A DNA stretch of 64,000 nucleotides from a virus (Duplodnaviria > Caudoviricetes): positions 1 to 64,000 of IMG/VR virus record IMGVR_UViG_3300005445_000001; one strand, written 5' to 3'. This document shows positions 56,480 through 64,000 of the stretch, in pieces. The notes beneath the pieces are model-generated. The model was not told where the DNA came from. It ran no database searches and worked only from the letters and a program-made list of their open reading frames with translations. How positions within the stretch are numbered: position 1 is the first letter of the stretch; each line of letters starts with the position of its first letter. Position numbers and translations under genes: made by a program.

Positions 56480-56755
56480 TTGTCGCTGTTGGTTCTGCGT
56501 TGCCAAGCGGCGATACCTCCGCGCGATGTTGTAGGCTCTGAAGGTGGCAGACGAATCTAAAAAACCTCAACCACCTCCCCTGAAGCTCGCAAATGCGGGC
56601 CGTCATCTTCGCAAGCGATCTCGTGTCTACTGCCAAGAACTCGATAAGTTCAAATCGAACCTTGTAACCTTTGCTTGTGTCGAGACTACCGAAGAAGATC
56701 TCGAGGCCTCGGCGCTAGACTTTGCTCGCGCATGGATAGGTTGCGGTGGCTTCCT

Positions 56756-57052
56756 GTGAAGACGATCTTTTGGATCGCGATCTTCTTGACGTGTGCTGGG
56801 ATCAGTTGGGTCGTGTTCGATGACTTCGGCTTTCACTACGTCATCGCTGCGGGTGTTGTCGCGAGCGCATACGTCTTGATTTGTATCGATGGACACCCCA
56901 AGGATCAGCTAACGCCTAAGGAGCCAGATAAACCAAGGAACGGTTTCTTTGTGTTCCTCGTGTCGCTATTGATCGGCCTCTTGTGGCCGGCATTGCCGAT
57001 CCTCATCGCCGCGGGGCGCGTGAAGACCGATGATACCGACGGGGCCGCTTGA
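56756..57052 (+). CDS. Membrane protein
   Basis: GTGA overlap; three hydrophobic segments. Confidence 0.55.
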   Translation: MKTIFWIAIFLTCAGISWVVFDDFGFHYVIAAGVVASAYVLICIDGHPKDQLTPKEPDKPRNGFFVFLVSLLIGLLWPALPILIAAGRVKTDDTDGAA

Positions 57053-57323
57053 GGCCTGCAAGCCCGGTGTGACGAGCATCGAAGATGCGCAGCAACACGA
57101 ACACGCTCATGAGGCCGCTTGCGATCGCGGCGCCCATAAATGCACGTTTAGCATCGATTCCTACTACCATCATGGCGGGCGCGATCAGAATCGTACGCGC
57201 CACTGTCCAACCCGCGAGCCGCAACCCTGAGCCCTTGTCCTTTTCCAACACGTCTGCCGCCGTGCGGTAGGTAGGAAGCGCGAACTGAGCCATGACCGAA
57301 GAGAGTATACCAAACCCAACCAA
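57003..57323 (-). CDS. Membrane protein with basic tail
   Basis: TM segments then GLAGLKRPRRYHRSSRAPRR. Confidence 0.65.
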   Translation of the reverse strand: MVGFGILSSVMAQFALPTYRTAADVLEKDKGSGLRLAGWTVARTILIAPAMMVVGIDAKRAFMGAAIASGLMSVFVLLRIFDARHTGLAGLKRPRRYHRSSRAPRR

Positions 57324-57960
57324 GCACGGTCCACTTCGTCTCGCTTTGGGGCTTCCGGCCTACCGTGGGCACATTCAGGCTGAGCAAGCTCGAATGTGGA
57401 CCGAGCTCGGTGCTGCGCTCGCACAAGACGAGAAACGGGTCCAGCTTGCGGCGTTCATCAACGTCGACACGTGTGGGATAGATCGAGCTCGAAACCTCAT
57501 GCTCGCTGCAGCGATGCAAGCCAACGCTGATTGGCTTTTGATGATCGACAGCGACACGTGGGTCGTGACGAGTGAATATGCAAGTTCAGGATTCCAGCTT
57601 CTAGAGATGATCCACTCAGGTGAGAATCTAGATGCGACGATCATTGGTGCGCCGGTTAAGCGTCGTGGTGGCGAAGGCCTCGCGGTGTACGTGCGCAAGC
57701 ACGACAAGCTGTTCGCCGTGAAAATCACCGACGCAACTGCACTCACCGTTGTCGAATGTGACGCGATCGGTGCTGCGGTGATGGCGATCAACCTAGGCAA
57801 GCTCCAACTTGATGATCGGTTCGTGTTCACTGATCAAGAAGGTGAGGATCTCAACTTCTGTCGCAAGCTTCGCGATCGAGGAGACAAGATCCTCGTCGAC
57901 ACTCGCGTGCAGACCGCTCACATTGCCCGAGGAACAATTCTCCTCAGCAAGGATCCGTGA
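57292..57960 (+). CDS. GT-A fold glycosyltransferase-like protein
   Basis: DRARN, DWLLMIDSD (DxD), GEDLNFC, VDTRVQTAH. Confidence 0.8.
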   Translation: MTEESIPNPTKHGPLRLALGLPAYRGHIQAEQARMWTELGAALAQDEKRVQLAAFINVDTCGIDRARNLMLAAAMQANADWLLMIDSDTWVVTSEYASSGFQLLEMIHSGENLDATIIGAPVKRRGGEGLAVYVRKHDKLFAVKITDATALTVVECDAIGAAVMAINLGKLQLDDRFVFTDQEGEDLNFCRKLRDRGDKILVDTRVQTAHIARGTILLSKDP

Positions 57961-58238
57961 TGGCTAGCGCAGAAGACCTCGAAGACGCGTTCATGCTCCT
58001 CGCGAGCACCGTGCAAGACCTCTCCGATCAAGGCATCCCAGACATGTTCTTGATGGGCGTGATGTTCTCGCTCGCCGCGCGAGGCGCGAAGGCCGTCGGC
58101 GTGTCGCAAGAAACAGCCTCGAAGATCGTCGAGATCGCATGGAAGTACGAAGATCCAGCCGAGGCCGCGGTAGAAATGGCAGATCTGGTTCGTGGTCTCG
58201 AAGATCGTGGGCCAAACGGAAGTGACACCGAGCACTAA
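57957..58238 (+). CDS. Hypothetical protein
   Basis: Coupled ORF. Confidence 0.55.
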   Translation: MMASAEDLEDAFMLLASTVQDLSDQGIPDMFLMGVMFSLAARGAKAVGVSQETASKIVEIAWKYEDPAEAAVEMADLVRGLEDRGPNGSDTEH

Positions 58239-58240
58239 AA

Positions 58241-58414
58241 ATGGATGGCCCCAGAAAGTGCACGGGATGTGGACTCGATTTCACACCTAGTCCCAAGCTC
58301 TGCAAGATCTACCTCGCACGCGGCAAGGATCCGTCACGCATCAAGGTGTGCCCGTCTTGCGTGCTCAAGGTGATCTTTGAAATCGTCGAGGAAGACGACG
58401 TCAAGCCGAGTTAG
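58241..58414 (+). CDS. Zn-ribbon protein (57 aa, not in ORF track)
   Basis: CTGC...CPSC. Confidence 0.55.
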   Translation: MDGPRKCTGCGLDFTPSPKLCKIYLARGKDPSRIKVCPSCVLKVIFEIVEEDDVKPS

Positions 58415-58416
58415 AG

Positions 58417-58635
58417 GTGAAGAAACTCGATCCGCGTGGAGCTCGTCCAGGAGTGATGCCAGAGGTCACGCGAGACGTGACGATCGTGGAGATGCTCCAA
58501 GCGATGAGCCGATACTCAGACGACGATGTGTTTCGATGGTTCGTCGTGTCGAGGATCAATGCCGATGGCGAACCTGAGCACGTCGAGACGCTTCGCTTGA
58601 CTGTTGGCCAAGCTCGAAAAGATCTTGGACTCTAG
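58417..58635 (+). CDS. Hypothetical protein
   Basis: GAGG RBS. Confidence 0.5.
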   Translation: MKKLDPRGARPGVMPEVTRDVTIVEMLQAMSRYSDDDVFRWFVVSRINADGEPEHVETLRLTVGQARKDLGL

Positions 58636-58826
58636 CCGACGACTCTATGATATCTTCGATGAATGTTAGGCTCGTCAGCAACGAGGATCGACCATAGGTG
58701 TCCTCGGTCGCCGACGATCTTAGCGACCGCTTCCATACCTAGATCTCGATTCTTGAGGAGCTCGAACGTCCGTAGATGGAGTGAGATCTCTCGAGTCATC
58801 AACTCGAGCGTCTCGCGAACGCTCAT
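58632..58826 (-). CDS. Hypothetical protein
   Basis: Convergent short ORF. Confidence 0.5.
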   Translation of the reverse strand: MSVRETLELMTREISLHLRTFELLKNRDLGMEAVAKIVGDRGHLWSILVADEPNIHRRYHRVVG

Positions 58827-58861
58827 GTCCGATCAGGTAGCGATCGGCTACGTGTGGGATA

Positions 58862-59395
58862 CTAGGGCTCGTGCTTCTTCGCCTCTTGGCGCATGAGCTT
58901 CGCCGTGCGGATCGCGGTCAGGAGCGCGGACAGCGCGACGGCGAACGTGGAGACGATCGTCAACGTGAACACCTTTTGGTTGTGCTCGTTGATCGACGCC
59001 ATCACGTCTTGGATCGAGGGTGGCGCAATGGGCGCCGCGTCGCCGAAGCCAGGTCGGAACGGGCGATTCCAATCGGCCCACGGGCCCGCCGGACCCCAGT
59101 TATTGGGTGGGCGATACGGAGCCGAGAACCGCCCTTCCTTCGTCGTCACCCACCCCGAGATCATTGGTGTCCAACCGTACTCACTCGTGAGCTCGTCGTC
59201 GGTCGGCACCATGCCTAGGCCTGCTCCACCAAGCGGCGTATCGCTGTAAAATCCTGCTTCCCCGCGCTGATTATAATAAGGGTCGTCTGGACACAACCAT
59301 GTCCCACTTCCCCCATAAGTATACCCTATTTCTGAAGGATATCCAGTGTTTGGAGGTAATTGACCATAGGGCGCCAAGATAATCCCGAGGTTCAT
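58862..59395 (-). CDS. C-terminally anchored putative virion protein
   Basis: LGGAGLG and PGFGD motifs; TM then basic end. Confidence 0.7.
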   Translation of the reverse strand: MNLGIILAPYGQLPPNTGYPSEIGYTYGGSGTWLCPDDPYYNQRGEAGFYSDTPLGGAGLGMVPTDDELTSEYGWTPMISGWVTTKEGRFSAPYRPPNNWGPAGPWADWNRPFRPGFGDAAPIAPPSIQDVMASINEHNQKVFTLTIVSTFAVALSALLTAIRTAKLMRQEAKKHEP

Positions 59396-59910
59396 TTTGA
59401 CGCCTCCAAGTAGTCGGCCGCTTTACGCAAGACAGCTGGACTTTCACTCGCGTGACCGATCATGACATTGCAATAATGGCACAAAACGCCACGCAGTTTG
59501 CCGGTCGAATGATCATGGTCGACGTGTCGCGCCAATCTAGAGTCTTGAACAGCAACATCGTCGAAGCTGGTCTTGCAAACCAGGCATCTCTGATTTTGGA
59601 GATGCAACATGTTCAGATAGCTAACAACGGATATTCCATACTCAATTTTTAGTCTTCGAAATTTTCGGTAGGCCCTAACGTGATCTGGATTATTGGCCTG
59701 CCATTTCTTGGTTCCTCGTAGCAAGTAGCCTCGATATCTGGGATCTACAGCTCTTCTCTCTCTGTAAATTCTAACGAGGTCAGCCTTCTTTTCTGAGCTT
59801 AGAGCAGCATATCGAGCCCGTTCTCGCTTGTTGCGCTCGGCTCTAGCCTCAGGAGTTTGGTTTCTCCTTCGCTCGTATTCAGCTCTTCGATCCCGATCTC
59901 GAATCGGCAC
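59392..59910 (-). CDS. Endonuclease VII-like homing endonuclease
   Basis: QNQRCLVC, HVDHDHSTGKLRGVLCHYCNVMIG; AT-richer. Confidence 0.88.
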   Translation of the reverse strand: MPIRDRDRRAEYERRRNQTPEARAERNKRERARYAALSSEKKADLVRIYRERRAVDPRYRGYLLRGTKKWQANNPDHVRAYRKFRRLKIEYGISVVSYLNMLHLQNQRCLVCKTSFDDVAVQDSRLARHVDHDHSTGKLRGVLCHYCNVMIGHASESPAVLRKAADYLEASK

Positions 59911-60054
59911 TCCTAGAGCTTATCACGAGGCTCGGAGGATTAAGGCGACGCGCTCTGATTCACACGGCAGAAAGGAATCGAAATGCCCGTCGTGGAATCT
60001 CTCCACGCACCACAACGCGCGTCGTGATCCAACACTACCACGCGATGCGGAGAC

Positions 60055-60360
60055 CTATCGACGATGCTTGTAGCCGGCGGCAAAAATGCTCACTAGAATT
60101 GCCGCCGTCGCAACGCCCCCGAGCATTAGACCCAACACTGTGTAGTCAAGTCCCGACTGCCCAAATCCAGTGCCACGCAACTTTGATGCGGTCGCGTACG
60201 GATCCCAAAATCGGCCGACCGATGGTGGACCGATCTCGGCGGGAAAAGAAACTGGAGGGAACGGTGGTGTGATGTACCAACCCGGCTCGTCGGGTGGGCA
60301 AAACGGGAACGGCGCGCCGAGTTGCATCGTGTACGTTCCGGGCGAGACACCGACGGTCAT
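60055..60360 (-). CDS. Small C-terminally anchored membrane protein
   Basis: LRGTGFG; TM then YKHRR. Confidence 0.7.
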   Translation of the reverse strand: MTVGVSPGTYTMQLGAPFPFCPPDEPGWYITPPFPPVSFPAEIGPPSVGRFWDPYATASKLRGTGFGQSGLDYTVLGLMLGGVATAAILVSIFAAGYKHRR

Positions 60361-60629
60361 CGACAGCTCCTGCGCGAGCCGGAGACGCCCGCTGAGCTCC
60401 GCTTGGTGCGCTTGAATGCAGCGAGCGCGATGAGGAGAGCTCCACCAGCAAGCGCCCCAAGGCCAAAGATGTAAGGCTGGATCACTTCCTGAGCCCCTTC
60501 TTCGGCACCTTCTTTGGCCGTCTGCTTGATGAAGTTCTTGAAGTCTTCGAGCTTCTGATCGACCGTTCCGCCGCCGGGAATGATCGCCAGAATCGATCGG
60601 AGATCTGAGATCGCGTCACGGAGCGCCAT
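60357..60629 (-). CDS. Small membrane protein with basic tail
   Basis: TM then KRTKRSSAGVSGSRRSCR. Confidence 0.7.
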   Translation of the reverse strand: MALRDAISDLRSILAIIPGGGTVDQKLEDFKNFIKQTAKEGAEEGAQEVIQPYIFGLGALAGGALLIALAAFKRTKRSSAGVSGSRRSCR

Positions 60630-60644
60630 GATTAGATCTTAACG

Positions 60645-60830
60645 CTATTTGCGTCCCTTGTACCAGCGATAGCCGAAGAAGGCTCCGGCTCCGATGAGGC
60701 CAAGGCCCCACCAAGTCATGTACCAAGGCTCATTGAGGCTCGCGATCGTGACGTTTGGTGGAAGCGCATTCGCGGGCGGAATGATCTGGCCAGGAGGGAT
60801 CGGGGTATCACGAAGACCGACGAACATCAT
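60645..60830 (-). CDS. Small C-terminally anchored membrane protein
   Basis: GGAGG RBS; PWYMTWW, TM, YRWYKGRK. Confidence 0.7.
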   Translation of the reverse strand: MMFVGLRDTPIPPGQIIPPANALPPNVTIASLNEPWYMTWWGLGLIGAGAFFGYRWYKGRK

Positions 60831-60842
60831 GGGATCCTCCGA

Positions 60843-61277
60843 TCACTTGAGCATCATGTAAGCGAGCACCGCTCCGCCACCGAGGACGACGATCATGAGC
60901 GGATTCTGGTACCACGGCTTGGGCGGCATCATCGGCATCGGCGTGAGAGGCACGCACGCGCCTGCTTGGTTAGCGACCGCACCAGGCGGGCACGTTGGAC
61001 TCTGCGGCGTGAGGAAGTGCTTGAGGAACTCACCGATCGCCGCGCCGCTACCAGCGCCGACGTTCGTCCACGTCGATGAGCTCTGTTGCTGTTGCTGTCC
61101 ACCACCTCCGCCACCCGAGCTCGAGTCGGGAATGGCGTTGGGACAGATCGCCATGTTGTTACCGGGGTAGCAACAGATCGCGTCGTCACCGGTGCCGATC
61201 TGCTGATATGGGCACGTGTCGCCGGCCCAATTTGCGAAACCAAAACCGGAAGCGGGCGCGCCGCGGAATACGAGCAT
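60843..61277 (-). CDS. Cys-rich C-terminally anchored membrane protein
   Basis: Starts MLVFRG; CPPG module; PWYQNP then TM. Confidence 0.75.
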   Translation of the reverse strand: MLVFRGAPASGFGFANWAGDTCPYQQIGTGDDAICCYPGNNMAICPNAIPDSSSGGGGGGQQQQQSSSTWTNVGAGSGAAIGEFLKHFLTPQSPTCPPGAVANQAGACVPLTPMPMMPPKPWYQNPLMIVVLGGGAVLAYMMLK

Positions 61278-61305
61278 GTCTCTACTCTATCACGAGCTTG
61301 GAATC

Positions 61306-62478
61306 TTAGGGTGAAGCCGCCGGGGCGGGCTTCGGCTTGTCGGATCCACTGAACAGTAGGAACGTCAACACACCCCCGATGATCAAGATCGGCAACCACG
61401 GAATGCTCGTCGGTGCCGGTGCGCACATCTTCGTCGCCATGTTCATCACGTAGCCGGGCGGGCACTGTGGTAGTTGTCCAGCCTGGCATGCTTGCATGAG
61501 CGATTGAGGGTTTTGTCCCTTGGCTGCTCCGCCCGCGATCACCGAGAGGCCGAGCGCGAGCGCTTGGGCGGCCTCGGGATCTTTGAGTAGCTCGCAAGCC
61601 ATCCCGCCGATCGCTGCGGCGACATCCTTCGCGAGCTCGAGAATGGTCGCGACGATGAACTCACCAGCGTTCTCGATGAACCATCCAATACCACTCAACG
61701 TGAACCCAGAGCAGCCTTGGTCGTCTTTGATGAATTTGACATTGTCGAGATAGCCCTTGACCTCAGCTGGATCCATCTTGCGCGCGCGCATGAAGAGGCC
61801 ATGTGCGACCTTGCGACTTCCCGACGGCAACGTGCCGACTTTGTCTTTGACCCATGCAGGCGTGTATGTATCTGCAGTGAGCTCAGTGTGATCGTCCTTC
61901 GTGACGAGGAAGATGCCCCAAACATCTTGCGTGCCTGGGTACATGAAGATGTAGAGTGGAATTCCCGGATAGGCCGTCTGCCTTCCAATAGGGTCTGTTG
62001 ACGTGACCGGATCTTCGATCAGATTGAGAAGCGCCGGAACGGGGTGTCCACCATCGACGGTGGGAGGATTCAACCCAGGAACCGATCCCTGGTAAGAGAC
62101 GCCTGAGAACCGGCCCCATCGTGTGCCGCGCTTGCAGGTGAATGCATTGGAGTCGTAGCCCTCACCCTTGATCGTCTCCCAAAACGTGCTCGCGGCGTCG
62201 ATCGTGTCGGCGAGCCACGAGTATTGTGGCGGAACCGATGTGATGGGAACGTCGCCACCGTTGACCGGAAACGTCAACGCCAACGGAAGTTGAACCGTTC
62301 CGCTCTTGCGCGTTCCGGTCACACCAAAGGCGCCGCCGATCTGTAGCGCAGCCTCACTAGCCCCGGGCGAGTAGGGCCACGGCAATTGCGTGACCGTCAA
62401 TTGTCCGTTGGCACCGGCTTGGTACGCCTGTTGGTTCTGAAGGTTGATACCGATGATGGAGCCGGCCCAAGTAGCCAT
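61306..62478 (-). CDS. Large C-terminally anchored putative virion protein
   Basis: CPPGYVMNMATKMC module before PWLPILIIGGVLTFLLF. Confidence 0.75.
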   Translation of the reverse strand: MATWAGSIIGINLQNQQAYQAGANGQLTVTQLPWPYSPGASEAALQIGGAFGVTGTRKSGTVQLPLALTFPVNGGDVPITSVPPQYSWLADTIDAASTFWETIKGEGYDSNAFTCKRGTRWGRFSGVSYQGSVPGLNPPTVDGGHPVPALLNLIEDPVTSTDPIGRQTAYPGIPLYIFMYPGTQDVWGIFLVTKDDHTELTADTYTPAWVKDKVGTLPSGSRKVAHGLFMRARKMDPAEVKGYLDNVKFIKDDQGCSGFTLSGIGWFIENAGEFIVATILELAKDVAAAIGGMACELLKDPEAAQALALGLSVIAGGAAKGQNPQSLMQACQAGQLPQCPPGYVMNMATKMCAPAPTSIPWLPILIIGGVLTFLLFSGSDKPKPAPAASP

Positions 62479-62492
62479 GCCGCTAGGGTAAC

Positions 62493-63230
62493 ATGACTTG
62501 TGTTAACCTACTGATCGTGTCCGAAGACCGATTTGCAAAGATCTCTGCGTTCATCGGGATCGGGTTGGTCCTCGTCGGTGGGGTCATGCTCTGGCAACAG
62601 CGACGAGCCACGACCAGTTTCAACGGTCTGGGACGCCCGCGCTATCGTCGAGTCGAAGGAATGGCCGAAGAGGCCCCCGTGATCGATGGGTTCTCGGATG
62701 GCAACATGCACACCGAGATCCGCGCGAGCGATGAAATGCCGATCGAGCAACGGCTAGCGACCATCCAGCGCAAGATCTACGAAGGGACCAAAGACCCCGA
62801 GATGCGCAAGCTAGCGCTCGCGATCACCTCGCAGTGCCCCGAGCGCGATGGGCTCTGCGAGGCCAAGGCGATCTACAAAGCGGTCAAGAAACGGGTCCGC
62901 TACTCTGGTGACATCGCGCCGATCAAGCACCCCAATGGTCAGGTCGAAGGGATCGATCTCTACCAGAGCGCGCGCCGCACGTGGGAGTTCAAAGCTGGGG
63001 ACTGTGACGACACGGCGATCCTGATCAGCACCCTGCTTGCGCACAACGGGATCACTCCACGTTTGCGCGTGACCGCCGAGGATAAACATAGCGATGACGG
63101 TCACATCTACGTGATTGCGCTCCTGCCCAAGTTCAATCCGTCCTACTCTGTCGCGCTCGATGCGACCTTGCCCGGAAACAAGTTCAACGTGGAAGCGCCG
63201 GCGGCGCGCGTGACGGACTTCGACGCATGA
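62493..63230 (+). CDS. Transglutaminase-like cysteine protease with N-terminal anchor
   Basis: GDCDD (Cys), GHIYV (His), ALDAT (Asp); N-terminal TM then FNGLGRPRYRR. Confidence 0.85.
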   Translation: MTCVNLLIVSEDRFAKISAFIGIGLVLVGGVMLWQQRRATTSFNGLGRPRYRRVEGMAEEAPVIDGFSDGNMHTEIRASDEMPIEQRLATIQRKIYEGTKDPEMRKLALAITSQCPERDGLCEAKAIYKAVKKRVRYSGDIAPIKHPNGQVEGIDLYQSARRTWEFKAGDCDDTAILISTLLAHNGITPRLRVTAEDKHSDDGHIYVIALLPKFNPSYSVALDATLPGNKFNVEAPAARVTDFDA

Positions 63231-63436
63231 TGGACAGCCTCTACAACTTCGTGAATCCGAACTATGCCGCAGCGCTTACACTCAAGACGCAGTGTGCTGC
63301 GTCGCCGGTTAGCTGTGTCGAGATCAACAAGGCGTACGATCTCGAGCTCGACATGGCAGTGACTCGCCTGCGCTGGATCGGGTTGGGTCTTTTAGTCGTA
63401 GGTGGAATCGCCATTTTCCGACGAGGAAGAGCATGA
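63227..63436 (+). CDS. Small membrane protein
   Basis: C-terminal TM then RRGRA. Confidence 0.65.
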   Translation: MMDSLYNFVNPNYAAALTLKTQCAASPVSCVEINKAYDLELDMAVTRLRWIGLGLLVVGGIAIFRRGRA

Positions 63437-63846
63437 AGAAGAAACCCTATCTCACGTTCCTCTCCGGCTTAGGCGATGCCGCCACGATCGATCCTGGCTC
63501 GTTCCTTGCTGCGAATCCGACGCCAACCGCGAGCGACGTCGCACAGTTTCTCGCGAGCGTGCCCAACGCGCAGCGCCCGGAAGCGGCACAAGCACTCGTC
63601 GATGCTGGTGTCGATCCCGACGTTGTGCAACACGGTTTGATGTTCGCGAACACGCGCACCGGGTTGAGTTGGTCGTGGTTCACCGGCACGCTCACCGTCG
63701 CCGCGTCGGCGGCGGCAACGTTTCACGGCTACCGACGAAACAAGTCGGTGTTCTGGGCCTTGGTGTATGGTCTAGGTGCAATGATGTTCCCGATCGCCAC
63801 GACCGCGGTCACGTTGGGTCAAGGCTGGGGAAAGCCGAAGCCATGA
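63433..63846 (+). CDS. Membrane protein
   Basis: N-terminal FLSGLGD; two TM segments. Confidence 0.75.
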   Translation: MKKKPYLTFLSGLGDAATIDPGSFLAANPTPTASDVAQFLASVPNAQRPEAAQALVDAGVDPDVVQHGLMFANTRTGLSWSWFTGTLTVAASAAATFHGYRRNKSVFWALVYGLGAMMFPIATTAVTLGQGWGKPKP

Positions 63847-64000
63847 AGCGCAAGATCAAGTGCCGCAAAGGCGAGAAACGGTTCACCGTGCTTGTTGTGA
63901 ATCACGATCCCTACGACTCGCATGCGGGCCGATCGTTCGAGCAAGCGTTCGACCAGGCGAACCCCGATCGGGGTAGCCACATTGAGGTCTACGCGACGTG
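63843..64000 (+). CDS. Hypothetical protein, 3'-partial
   Basis: ATGA overlap; open to window end. Confidence 0.5.
   Translation, partial: MKRKIKCRKGEKRFTVLVVNHDPYDSHAGRSFEQAFDQANPDRGSHIEVYAT

Noticed and set aside
1-64000. CRISPR array, tRNA genes, reverse transcriptase or DGR
   Set aside because: No regularly spaced repeats, cloverleaf with T-loop or RT motifs found by eye.
1-64000. Many long antisense or alternate-frame ORFs in the track (e.g. 6662-7522, 26807-27472, 41340-42203)
   Set aside because: They shadow well-supported genes, are Arg/Ala/Ser-rich and lack motifs; expected in GC-rich DNA.

Overview
The whole 64 kb window reads as a segment of a large, GC-rich dsDNA virus genome; no host housekeeping flank is visible. 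A probable myxobacterial host is inferred from a myxobacteria-style type IV pilin, LxxC lipoproteins and a Fis-like regulator. Modules: (i) lysin and glycosyltransferases at the left end; (ii) a divergently transcribed early region (RHH regulator, DUF932, DUF2786, many small ORFs, tyrosine recombinase); (iii) a minus-strand replication/nucleotide block (UDG-fused PolA, SNF2 helicase, AAA_24 ATPase, DUF669, PD-(D/E)XK nuclease, ThyX, NDT-like protein, two methyltransferases); (iv) scattered blocks of small single-pass membrane proteins and Arg/Lys-rich peptides. No terminase, portal, HK97 capsid or tail gene is recognisable, so a tailless membrane-containing virion is suspected but unproven; no major capsid protein was identified either. 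Top observations: a recurrent [L/F/M]-x-G-x-G motif in more than a dozen putative virion proteins, resembling adenovirus-protease sites, alongside a transglutaminase-like Cys-His-Asp protein; a complete type II hammerhead ribozyme (7679-7756); a ~290-nt structured minus-strand ncRNA candidate (40211-40497); a type IV pilin fused in frame to a SAM-lyase-like domain; and a 28-bp dif-like site near the recombinase. All family assignments come from motif reading by eye, not database searches.
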